DNA from: Puniceicoccaceae bacterium
GTDB taxonomy: Bacteria; Verrucomicrobiota; Verrucomicrobiia; Opitutales; Oceanipulchritudinaceae
Direction of reading: 5' to 3'
DNA length: 64,000 nt
NCBI GenBank assembly: GCA_040830765.1
Contig: JBFOMH010000026.1
Location: 32,001-96,000, forward strand
Below the pieces are notes generated by a model, which was given only the letters and a program-made list of their open reading frames with translations, searched no databases and was not told the origin of the DNA. This document shows, in pieces, positions 29,537-39,500 of the stretch; position 1 is the stretch's first letter, and each line of letters begins with the position of its first letter. The position numbers and the translations under genes were made by a program.

Positions 29537-30841
29537 CTATCTGGGATTCTTCCTGTTCAGGCCGCCTTCGAAGATATTACCCCCCGGCAGGAAGAGAAAC
29601 AGTTTCCCGCGGCGATCACTTTCGCCAATAAAGATGGTTCCATCGGATCCAGTTGCCATGGCATCAAACTGGTAGGCCCTCTTGGCATAATAGGGGCTCC
29701 GGTCGACAGAGATGTAGCTCCAGTTCGTATAGCCATCATTTGCTTTCGTATCCCAGGAAACCAGTTTGCAAGGTTCGCCCAGTTCACCGCAGATCATGTA
29801 AAGGGTACCGTCGATTCCCATGGTCGCCGCCCGGACCCGCCGGGCAATCCTGGGCTTGCCCATGTCTTTGACGGATTCTGAAACCATGTCCAGTTGGAAA
29901 AGGAAGCCGTCTGATGTAGTTCCCCAGATCACGTCGCCCTTGCCGTGAATCAGCTGCTCAACGACCGGGTATCCATAATAGTTCCATGACTCAAAATACT
30001 CCCCCGGGATAGCACAGGAAAGTGCTTCAAATGCTTGTTCAACAATATCGAAGCGAATGATGCGTCCCTCGTCACCGGATGTAATGACATCACCATTTTC
30101 AAGACAGAGTAGGGCACGGGGAACGGTACGCCATGTTCGCTCGGGTCCAGAGTAGACCTTCTGGGAAAGGATTGGCCCATAGTTGTCCACTTTTCCTGTG
30201 GTTGGATTCAGGCGGAAGAAATCGGCGTCCGGATAGGTGATTCCATAGATGTTGTTGTCCGCCGGATTGAACGTCAAAGCGTAGATCGAGTTGTTCGCCT
30301 TGATCAGGCCGAGGTCCTCAACGGTGGCCTCGTCCTCAGGCAGATAGACGGCCTCATCCGCTGCTCCGGTGGTATAGCGGTAAATCCTCCCTCCAGTGAA
30401 CTTGGCATGGTGGTTCTTAATGTCTTTCCATAGAGCTTTTTCAATTTGCCGATGACCACCGGGAATGTCCCGGGTGAGCGAAATTTCATCCAGCAGGTTC
30501 AGGCCTGTCCCGATATATAGATGACCTTGATCATCGGTCACCAGTGTATGGTGAACGCCCTGGGAATCGGGGATTTGTCCCAATGGCCGAACTTTGTTAA
30601 TGTGGGGATCGTACAGGAAGAGATAGGATTGTTTTCCGCTGGTTGCTCCATAGACATAGCGACTGTCCGCGGGTCGAAGGAGGGCGGAAATGCGGCTATG
30701 GTCGGCTGGTATTTCAGTTGCTCCCGGGTAACCCAGATCGCGGAAGTCCAAGCGGTGATTGTCATAGTTGGGGCTGACCCATTTTTGGCCAAAGGCGAGA
30801 CAGGACAGGTTCAACAGGAGGATGATTGCAATTCGTTTCAT
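29537..30841 (-). CDS. Secreted hypothetical protein, probable beta-propeller
   Basis: Signal peptide; repeated blade-like motifs (VYGATSG...LFLYDP, LYIGTG, IYGITYPD...FFRLNP, DGTLY, DGTIFIGES). Confidence 0.75.
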   Translation of the reverse strand: MKRIAIILLLNLSCLAFGQKWVSPNYDNHRLDFRDLGYPGATEIPADHSRISALLRPADSRYVYGATSGKQSYLFLYDPHINKVRPLGQIPDSQGVHHTLVTDDQGHLYIGTGLNLLDEISLTRDIPGGHRQIEKALWKDIKNHHAKFTGGRIYRYTTGAADEAVYLPEDEATVEDLGLIKANNSIYALTFNPADNNIYGITYPDADFFRLNPTTGKVDNYGPILSQKVYSGPERTWRTVPRALLCLENGDVITSGDEGRIIRFDIVEQAFEALSCAIPGEYFESWNYYGYPVVEQLIHGKGDVIWGTTSDGFLFQLDMVSESVKDMGKPRIARRVRAATMGIDGTLYMICGELGEPCKLVSWDTKANDGYTNWSYISVDRSPYYAKRAYQFDAMATGSDGTIFIGESDRRGKLFLFLPGGNIFEGGLNRKNPR

Positions 30842-30853
30842 GGCAATGGTTCC

Positions 30854-32209
30854 TTAGTAAGAAGTTGTCGGAAGGGGCATGCTCAGCAGGGCCATTGAAT
30901 AGTGCCAAGTCTCCTCAATCTCACCGGCGATGTACTGTTCATCGTGTTCCTCGATAGCCCCGACGAAATAGAGCTTATTGTCCAAGTGGCTGTAAACGGC
31001 TCCACCAAGGCCAAATACAGGCAATCCTTTTGAAGTCTTCATGAGACCGAGTTCCTTCCGCTTGCCGGAATCGATATCATACTCAATTAAAACCGAAAGC
31101 GGGGGCGTTTTCCTTTCGGTGACCTTGTTGGTGAAATTTCTCTCATCCTTCACATCCCATGATTCAGCGGAGTAGTCGAAAGCGACGGAAGTCACGGGTG
31201 CGTAATAGGCTCGATTGTTGGGAGCCAGGGTAAAGGCCAGGGTCGCGATCGGAATCTTCTTCGGGTCGTCGTCGAGGTAGCGGTCCGCACACATCAGGGA
31301 AAGCGATTCGATTTCGCCTTCCTCCCCCGAGTTGGGATCAAACCGGAATAGCCGGCAATCCGCGTTGGTGATTCCATAGAAAACTTTTTCATCATCCTTC
31401 CACTCGAGGATACGCCAGAGGGTCTTGCGATCGATTTTGGGATTGGACATGGTTCGCGGCGATACCCGGGGATCGTTGGGTACCCGAAGGTTGTAGAGAT
31501 CGTGTATGCGGTCTGTCTCCGGATCATACTTCCAGACGCGATTTACCGGGAAGGCTCCGTAAATGTTCCCTTTGTCATCAGCTACGATAGTGCGGCAGAT
31601 GTCCCAGTCATCGACCCGGCCCTTGGAGACGGTGATGTTCTGCTCCATGTCGTACATGTAAAGATGCCCATCCTCGGCAAGCCCGTAGATCCGCTGGCGC
31701 TTGTTGTCCATGGCGATACCTAGCAGTCCTGCATGCCGGGAAATCATGCCCAGGTTCGTCAGCTTGCGGGTGTCTGGCTCATACTTGAACCAGTGGGCTC
31801 CACGGTAACTGTAGGGATCGATGCACTCCGGACCATTGTCTTCACAGAAGTCCCCGAAATAGATATTCCCCTCAGCGTCTTCCACAAAGGGAACATGTAT
31901 CTTGCCACTGGTCCTGATTCCCTCACCGCGCTCACCTTTGAATATGGATAGGTCGGCAATGTGAATCATGGTGTTCGTTGCGGGATCAAATTCATAGAAA
32001 TTTGCCGCGTCTGCGTGGGTGCATAACCCAATGTAGATTTTTCCCGACTTTGCCGTGTAGACGCCACTCCACATGCTGTCAGGTTTTCGCCCGCCCGGGA
32101 AACGGAATGCCTCCAGTTCAATTGAATCTTGGGCAGTGGCCGGGGTCAGCAGACTCGAAACCGGTACAATGAAGGAGAGAACAAGGAATTTAAGGATTCG
32201 ATTTTTCAT
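30854..32209 (-). CDS. Secreted hypothetical protein, probable beta-propeller
   Basis: Signal peptide; blades GKIYIGL...FYEFDP, GNIYFG...WFKYEP, GNIYGA...VWKYDP, FYGIT...LFRFDP. Confidence 0.75.
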   Translation of the reverse strand: MKNRILKFLVLSFIVPVSSLLTPATAQDSIELEAFRFPGGRKPDSMWSGVYTAKSGKIYIGLCTHADAANFYEFDPATNTMIHIADLSIFKGERGEGIRTSGKIHVPFVEDAEGNIYFGDFCEDNGPECIDPYSYRGAHWFKYEPDTRKLTNLGMISRHAGLLGIAMDNKRQRIYGLAEDGHLYMYDMEQNITVSKGRVDDWDICRTIVADDKGNIYGAFPVNRVWKYDPETDRIHDLYNLRVPNDPRVSPRTMSNPKIDRKTLWRILEWKDDEKVFYGITNADCRLFRFDPNSGEEGEIESLSLMCADRYLDDDPKKIPIATLAFTLAPNNRAYYAPVTSVAFDYSAESWDVKDERNFTNKVTERKTPPLSVLIEYDIDSGKRKELGLMKTSKGLPVFGLGGAVYSHLDNKLYFVGAIEEHDEQYIAGEIEETWHYSMALLSMPLPTTSY

Positions 32210-32420
32210 GAGAGTTGATTGCTTCTGAAGCTAGCAGGGAAGAGTGGGTACAGGTGGTATTGGATACTGAATGGGATGAGTCGATTAGCAGTTTTAATTT
32301 CATTTGTTATTTCATTTTAATTTCAAATTTTGGCAAGATTTATTCTTGCTCCAATTTTCCCTTCAGGCAATCATCAATACGGAATAACCCCATTATAAAA
32401 GCCGATAATACCGCCAAGCC

Positions 32421-34448
32421 ATGCACGAAAACGCAAAAGAAAATCCTGTCCGAAGCTATTTATTTCATGAAATAAACTTCTTTTCGTTTGTCTTATTCTT
32501 CTGTTTGGGTTCTTCCGTAGCCTGGGCCGAGAACCTGGTCACCAACGGGGATTTCAGTACGGGTGACCTGACAGGTTGGGCCACGACGGAGACAGCTCCG
32601 GTCACAATAACCCATGATGGAACGGAGGGAAACCCATCTGGTTCTGCGCTTCTGGCCCGCAACGACTCCAGCTTGTCGGCGAATGCCAACTACCTCTACC
32701 AGGTTATACCGGTTACATCCGGTCAGCAATACAAGCTGGATGCGGAATGGAAGGGGGACCTGCTCAATGGGGGTACGGGCCGCAACTGGGCGGAAGTGTT
32801 TGTTTCCTTTGCCGCATCCCCGACAGCGACGCCCTCCGGTATTATCTACAAGAAGGCCAGTGACGGTGGTCCCAATGACCAACCGATGCCCTGGGACTGG
32901 GAGAGCGTCCTGCTTTCACCCGACAACGGGGCGTCCCCGGAGGACGGCATCTTTACCGCCACTGGCGACTACATGGTCATCGGATTCAACCTTGGGGGCC
33001 GCGCTGTTTCCAGCAACAACACCCAGCCCGGATTCTTCTGGGTCGATAATGTCAGTGTGTCGCCCTATCCACCAAACCAGGTCCCGATTGTCACCGACCT
33101 GGCGGTTGCGGGGGAGGAACTTTCGGTCACCGGCCAAGACGGGCCCCCGAATGGAGCCTACCAGATCCTGCATACCAGCAATCTTGCTGCGAACCATGCA
33201 GATTGGTCAGAAATTGCCATTGAAGCATTTGATGCGGAAGGCGGGTTTGCCTTCTCGACAGACCTGACGGCCAACCCGGCGAACTTCTATCGGATAGGTG
33301 TATTGTCCCGGGTCAGTTCGCCCAGCATTACCGTTCAGCCCTTCGACATCGCAACGACTGAGGGGAAGTCTGTCACCTTCAGTGTCAGCGCGGATGGCCT
33401 GGAGCCGTTGAGCTACCAATGGTACTTCAATTCCGGAATCCTGGAGGGCGAGACAGGCGATACGCTTTCCTTGTCCGATGTGCAGTTGGACGATGTTGGT
33501 GACTACACCGTAGTCGTCATGAACCGATTCGGAGAAGTCACCAGTGAGGTTGCCAGCTTGTCCATCATTGAGGACTCCGGGCTTGTTGTTGATGGATATG
33601 CCGCCATGAACGGCGGAACCACCGGTGGCGGCAATGCAACGCCGGTCACCGTCACCACCGCGGCTGAGTTCAAGTCACTCGCGGAGAACAATACCCCGGC
33701 AGTCATCATCGTCCAGGGGCGGCTCAATGTGGGATCGGTGAACATCGGTTCCAACAAGACGATTATCGGAGCGGACTCCCAATCCGGGTTGTATGGTGGG
33801 AATGGCCTTAGTGTCGATGGATCGAACTACATATTCAAGAACCTGACCTTTGGGCCCGCCGAGGGCGATGTCATGGAGATTTCTGGCGGGACCAATGTTT
33901 ATATAACGAAGTGCGAGTTTTATGACAGCACGGATGAGCTCTGTTCGATCGTCCGGCAAGCCGACTACGTCACCATTTCCTGGAGCAAATTCTATTTCAA
34001 AAATCCTGACGGGCATTCCTTTGCCCACCTGATCGGGAATAGTGATGGCGCTACCGCCGACAGGGGCAAGCTGCATGTCACTCTGCACCACAACTGGTAT
34101 TCGGATGGTCTCCGGGGAAGATTACCGCGGGTCCGGTTCGGATTTGTCCACATCTACAACAATTACTACAATGCCCCGGATTCCGGTTATTGCGTCGGCA
34201 TTGGATATGAATGTCACATCCGGTTGGAGAACACGCATTTTGAAAATGTCTCCAAGCCATGGTCGGATTACGGAGGTGTGAATAATGGAGAACTTGGATG
34301 GGCCAATCTCAAGTTCACCAACGCCAGCCAGCCGACGTTCATGCCGAATACCTACCCGACAATCTTTACCCCACCTTATTCCTACACCTTGGATGATGTG
34401 GAAGCTGTTAAGAGCCTCGTCACCGCAGGGGCGGGGAATACTTGGTAG
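32421..34448 (+). CDS. Secreted multidomain PL1 pectate lyase (CBM-like, internal FYRI domain, Ig, PL1)
   Basis: NLVTNGDF CBM-like start; Ig domain (LSYQWY...DVGDYTV); GGTTGGG, SNKTIIG, VTISWSKF, VTLHHNWY, RLPRVRFG, HIYNNYY. Confidence 0.88.
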   Translation: MHENAKENPVRSYLFHEINFFSFVLFFCLGSSVAWAENLVTNGDFSTGDLTGWATTETAPVTITHDGTEGNPSGSALLARNDSSLSANANYLYQVIPVTSGQQYKLDAEWKGDLLNGGTGRNWAEVFVSFAASPTATPSGIIYKKASDGGPNDQPMPWDWESVLLSPDNGASPEDGIFTATGDYMVIGFNLGGRAVSSNNTQPGFFWVDNVSVSPYPPNQVPIVTDLAVAGEELSVTGQDGPPNGAYQILHTSNLAANHADWSEIAIEAFDAEGGFAFSTDLTANPANFYRIGVLSRVSSPSITVQPFDIATTEGKSVTFSVSADGLEPLSYQWYFNSGILEGETGDTLSLSDVQLDDVGDYTVVVMNRFGEVTSEVASLSIIEDSGLVVDGYAAMNGGTTGGGNATPVTVTTAAEFKSLAENNTPAVIIVQGRLNVGSVNIGSNKTIIGADSQSGLYGGNGLSVDGSNYIFKNLTFGPAEGDVMEISGGTNVYITKCEFYDSTDELCSIVRQADYVTISWSKFYFKNPDGHSFAHLIGNSDGATADRGKLHVTLHHNWYSDGLRGRLPRVRFGFVHIYNNYYNAPDSGYCVGIGYECHIRLENTHFENVSKPWSDYGGVNNGELGWANLKFTNASQPTFMPNTYPTIFTPPYSYTLDDVEAVKSLVTAGAGNTW

Positions 34449-34707
34449 GGTAACCAAAGGCACAATCGCCAAGCCTATTGGAGAAGCCGTTTGAATAGTG
34501 CCGCCAGTGCCATAATCACTGGTAATCTGCATTATTAAACCCCCTCATATTACCAATCGGTAAATTCAGCCGATTGACTAATGGCAGGGATTTGGTCAAA
34601 ACCGTAGCGGCGGGAGCTACACCCCAACTCCCAATCCTCGATTGGAGAGATCCATCGATTTCTTCCCATCGAACCAGTTCAAACCCTTCAGCTCCAAGGA
34701 CCCCGCG

Positions 34708-36312
34708 ATGAAGAATCAATCTGCCTGGAAGTACCCCTGCCAAGGGGTGTGTCTGATAATCTTGTTATCCACCTTCAATCTGCCGCTGTCTGCAGCCATG
34801 AATCCCATCTGGAACAATGCTACCAGTCATGCCGAGAATTGGTTGAATTTGGGCTGGTTTGGATGGTTCAAGGAGACCTCGGCTGAATGGATCTATCATG
34901 CCGAGCATGGGAATCAGTATGTTTCCGGTACGTCGCAGGCGAGTCTGTTTCTCTACGACGTGGAAACCGCCGGCTGGTTCTGGACCAGTAATTCCGTATA
35001 TCCATACCTCTACCGGTTCGGAACAAACCAGGGCTGGTACTGGTATTACCGCAATGCAGAACCGGGCAACCGCTGGTTCAAGCGCATGAGTGATTCGGCC
35101 GACCATCTTGAGACGGAGATGTTCGGTTCTGCCCCGAATGCACCGACCATGCTCAATGTTTCCTCAATTACCGCGACCGGTGCCGTGTTGACCTGGCGGG
35201 ATCAGTCGGACAACGAAAGTAGTTTTGTCGTCGGCCGGTATCTGAATCTTTTTCCCACCGGATCCTTGTGGAGCAAGTTTGGGGAAGTCCCGGCCAATAC
35301 GACTCAATATACCTTCTCAGGTTTGAGTCCCGATACCCTTTACACTGTCTATGTCCGTGCGGTGAATGACTTCGGGTTCGCGACTTCGACCAGTACGGCT
35401 TTCAGGACTTTGAGCCAGACAGTCGCGTTGGCGGCTCCGACAAACCTGACCCTGACCCCGCTCACCCTCAGCTCGGTTCAGCTTGACTGGGATGATAATG
35501 CCACCAGTGAGACAGCTTACCACATTAGCTTTTCCACTACTGGTCCGTCAGGCCCGTTCACGGAATTGCCAGCCTTGCCTGCCAATACGGAAAGTGAACC
35601 GCTGACTCAATTATCTCCGTGCCAGACCTATTGGATAAAGGTCCGTGCGGCTTCCGGGAATAGCTACTCCGACTATTCAAACACGGTCAGTGTCAACGTC
35701 GATACAACGGCGACGATAATCTTTAACAACAGTGCCATCTCACCATTTTCGCCCAGCATGGGATTTCCTACCTATGTCGGCTGCTGGAACAGTGGCACAT
35801 TTACGGGAGGGTTGGCTATTTTCGACGACGACGGCAATGGCATCCTCGATAACGAATCCGGCAGCAATTCATATGTCTTCCCGCGGGAAGCTGAGCAAAC
35901 CGCTCCCTTGCAGAGTACATGGACTTTGAAAGCCGGTCGGGCATTCGAACAGGATGCCAACCTTGTCTTGTTTTTCCGGTTCAGCAGTTGGGCCACCTAC
36001 ACGCGTGACCAGTACATCGCCGTGTACTTGAGGGTGTCCAATGGGATTGTCACTCCGGTTTCGATGCGCGGTGGTGACATGTTCCATCCGGTTAACGGCC
36101 TATTCGGTCAGGAAGACGGCATTGTCATGTATGGTGCGGTGTTGAACAATCAGTTAAGTATCGATTATGGCCAGCTTCCGGGGGCGGAGGTTGGTGTCCT
36201 GCAAGGTTCAGCTTCCGCATTCATGGCCTTTGTCGCTCCGGCCCTGGTCAACCCGACGACGTACAGCGCGGATGTCTACATTACCTTCAATGTCCCGATA
36301 TACACGGATTGA
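34708..36312 (+). CDS. Secreted fibronectin type III protein with N-terminal Trp-rich module
   Basis: Signal peptide; two FN3 domains (LTWRDQSDNE...GLSPDTLYTVYVRAVN; LDWDDNATSE...YWIKVRA); unrecognised C-terminal domain. Confidence 0.82.
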   Translation: MKNQSAWKYPCQGVCLIILLSTFNLPLSAAMNPIWNNATSHAENWLNLGWFGWFKETSAEWIYHAEHGNQYVSGTSQASLFLYDVETAGWFWTSNSVYPYLYRFGTNQGWYWYYRNAEPGNRWFKRMSDSADHLETEMFGSAPNAPTMLNVSSITATGAVLTWRDQSDNESSFVVGRYLNLFPTGSLWSKFGEVPANTTQYTFSGLSPDTLYTVYVRAVNDFGFATSTSTAFRTLSQTVALAAPTNLTLTPLTLSSVQLDWDDNATSETAYHISFSTTGPSGPFTELPALPANTESEPLTQLSPCQTYWIKVRAASGNSYSDYSNTVSVNVDTTATIIFNNSAISPFSPSMGFPTYVGCWNSGTFTGGLAIFDDDGNGILDNESGSNSYVFPREAEQTAPLQSTWTLKAGRAFEQDANLVLFFRFSSWATYTRDQYIAVYLRVSNGIVTPVSMRGGDMFHPVNGLFGQEDGIVMYGAVLNNQLSIDYGQLPGAEVGVLQGSASAFMAFVAPALVNPTTYSADVYITFNVPIYTD

Positions 36313-36534
36313 TAGCCGTCATTCCCTCAGGCTACCGGGTCTGGGCTAACCTGCCCAAGGGGTAAATTTCCTTGCCCGGCTAAGGAGATAAGATTACCTT
36401 ATCACCATTAGTACTGTAGATGGAATTGGGTCTGCATGGGTTCTATCGACGCCCAGTTTTGGGCGACTGGCCGCATGTGGCTTCCTGATTCTTCCTCAAC
36501 AAACTCTCTCATCCCGATTATCGGACATATCATC

Positions 36535-39500
36535 ATGCATCGAAAAATCTTCCTCCTTCTTCTGCTGACAAACTGTTCCCTGATTACCCTTTCGGAGGCG
36601 GCAACGGATATCCTCTTCGCCATCAAGGAGCAGGTCTTCGAGCAGAATGGCAACAATCTGGCCTTTGCCCCGCAGGCCTACCGGTTCTTTGCCGGAGCTG
36701 AGGGAGACGGCGATTTGACTGCGCTTACGGTCACTTATCCCGGCAGTGGAGGTCCCTTTCCGGTCCCGGGCTCCCCGGGGGAGTTTGGCCTCGAATCGCC
36801 CGACTATGCCACCATCGAGGAACTGAATGCCGTTTACCCGAACGGAGACATCACCTTCAGCCTGACTGACAATGGTTCGACCCAGGACCTGGGGCCCTTC
36901 AGCATTAGCGGAGATGCCTATCCGGTTACGCCCAACATTTCCAATGCCCTTGAATTCCAGGACAGTGACTACTCCCAGGATTTCCAGCTAAACTGGAATG
37001 CCTTCTTTGGGGCTGGTGACGAGGATCGGATCCTCCTTCAGATCTGGGACAATCAAGCGGATTCTGAATTGATTTCCTCCGGTTTCCTGGATGCCACCGC
37101 AACCTCCTTCACCATCCCCGGGGGAACGCTCTCGGTGGACCGGTATTATGACATCGAACTCCTGTTCATCAACAGCAGCACCGGAGCCACCAACCCGCAG
37201 ACAGTCGTCGGCTACCTGACAACTACCCGTGTTCTCCTATCCACACATACGAGTGATACCCGCTTGTCGCTGTACAAATGGCGGGCCCAGCAGCAGCTTT
37301 CCTCGACCGGAGACTACACAGATCCGAATTACCGGTTTCTGTCGGTTGTGACAGGCGCTTCCAAAACAGTGGCAGGAGCATCACTCGATACACCCGTCTC
37401 GGATATATTGGCCTCCTATTTCCCATTCGGGGAGAATGCCTACATCCTCGCGAGCCCGTTTGGACCGAAGGAAACCCTGGATACAACCTATCCCGCCGGC
37501 GAGTATACCTTTATTGTCACGGAAGACAGTGTTAATACCGCATACGGGCCCTTTAACTTGCCCGGTGACGACTATCCCTCAAATCCCCAGATAATAAATT
37601 TTGCCGAACTGCAAACGATTGACCCGAGTGAATCCCAGACCATCACATGGGATTCAACGCCCATCGGTGTCAGTTTCATTGAAGTGTTTGTCCTTGATGG
37701 GGACAATAACCGGATCTGGTATGAGTCCTTCGGTCCGGGTTTCACGACTACCCAGTTACCCGCAAACACAATATCCCTTGAGGGAACCTATCGCCTGGTT
37801 ATCCGGTATTGGGCGCCGAAAGTTACCAACGAGCGACCCCCGACCGCACTTGGTTACCTCTCCTCGACCAACATGGCATTAGGTACCAGCCAAGGGGGAG
37901 GGGACCCTGTGATTGAGCTGGCCTATGTCGTCAAGACGCAGAATTTCAGTCAGGAAGGAAGCGCTGCTCCTCAGGCCCCTTATTCATGGAGCATGAATGC
38001 CGGCTTGTCCGGCAGTGACAACATCGTTTCGGCTTCTTTTGTCCATCCATCCGGAACCGATGTGCTTGATGGCTTCGAAGGCGAGTACGATTTGGACGGT
38101 ATGGATTATGGGAGTCAGTCTGAACTCGATTCAGTCTATCCGGACGGGGAGTTTGACTTACTCGTTTCCACTGGTGGTCCTTCACAATCACTGGGTCCAT
38201 TCCAGATTACGGGCAGTGCTTACCCCAATGCGCCGCATATCCAGAACGCACTTGATCTGGAAACACATGACCTCACCCAGGACTTTGAGCTGACATGGAA
38301 TGCGTTTAGCTCCGCTGACGAATTTGATGAGATATTGGTCGAGGTATATGATGAGACGTTGGATGAGGGCGTTATTTTCGAGCGATTGGCCCCAACAGCC
38401 ACTTCGTTTGTCATACCCGGCAACCAGTTGCAGCCGGACCGGTATTACGAGATCATTGTTTTATTCGTCAACCGGGTCGACGCCCTCGATTCGCCGGAGG
38501 CGATCATCGGCTACCTTTCCGTAACGGAATTCAGGCTCTCCACCCATACCAGTGACACGGACATTTTGTTTTACAAGCGACATCAACTTGAGCAAACGGG
38601 TGTCGACCAATTGGAGGATCTGGGTTACGCTCAGCTGGTCTTTGTTCGCGGCAACTCCAGGAGTGTCGATTACGGGGAGTTGTTTACACCGCTTTCCATA
38701 ACTCCCTTGATAAATACAGCCCCCAACACCTTGATTCTCGCTCCCGGATTTGGACCGAAGGAGGTCATGGATGCGGATTATCCGGCAGGTGAATACGGTA
38801 TCGGTCTGAACGAAGACGGACAGTACACTTACTACGGGCCTTACGTGCTTTCAGAGGATGCTTATCCGGAAGCACCTCTCTTTCAGAATTTCAGTGAGTT
38901 GCAAAACGTCGACGCCAGTCAGGAGCAACAAATCAACTGGAGCGCTTCTCCGGATGGGGTGGGTGCTGTCACTCTGCAAATCCGGGATGCTTCATTCAGA
39001 GTGATTTGGTCGGAGACATTGCCTCCAGAAGCGACCGGCACGGTGATTCCGGCAAGTACCTTGTCGAAGAGCAGCAGCTACAGGTTTTCTTTGCAGTTCT
39101 GGGTGGAATCATCTGGAAGTGAGATGCCCGATGCCAGTGTTGGTTATGGAACGATCACCCGGATCAATGTTCAAACCCTTCCGTACTCGGCTGCCTACGC
39201 TTCCTGGCTGACCCAGTATTTCTCGGCGGAGCAGATCGCAGACCTTGCCATCGTTGGCGAGATGGTGGACTACGACGGGGACAAGCTGAACAACTACTTT
39301 GAGTTCCTGGCTCAATTCGATCCGACGGACAATACCTCAACGCTTACGGTTGATTTCTCTTTCGGCGTCTCGGATATGTTGAGAGTCAGCCCGCTGGCAG
39401 TCGGGCTTCCGCTGGAAGTTCAATCCAGTACAAATCTTGTCGACTGGAATCCGGTTGGGGCCGAGTCGTACGAGATCATTGGTGAGGAACTTCAACTGGA

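Noticed and set aside
34449..34707. Intergenic hairpins as a possible riboswitch or ncRNA (also 39553-39795 and 58773-59018)
   Set aside because: Only short isolated stems; I could not match any known riboswitch consensus by eye. An Rfam/Infernal scan would be needed.
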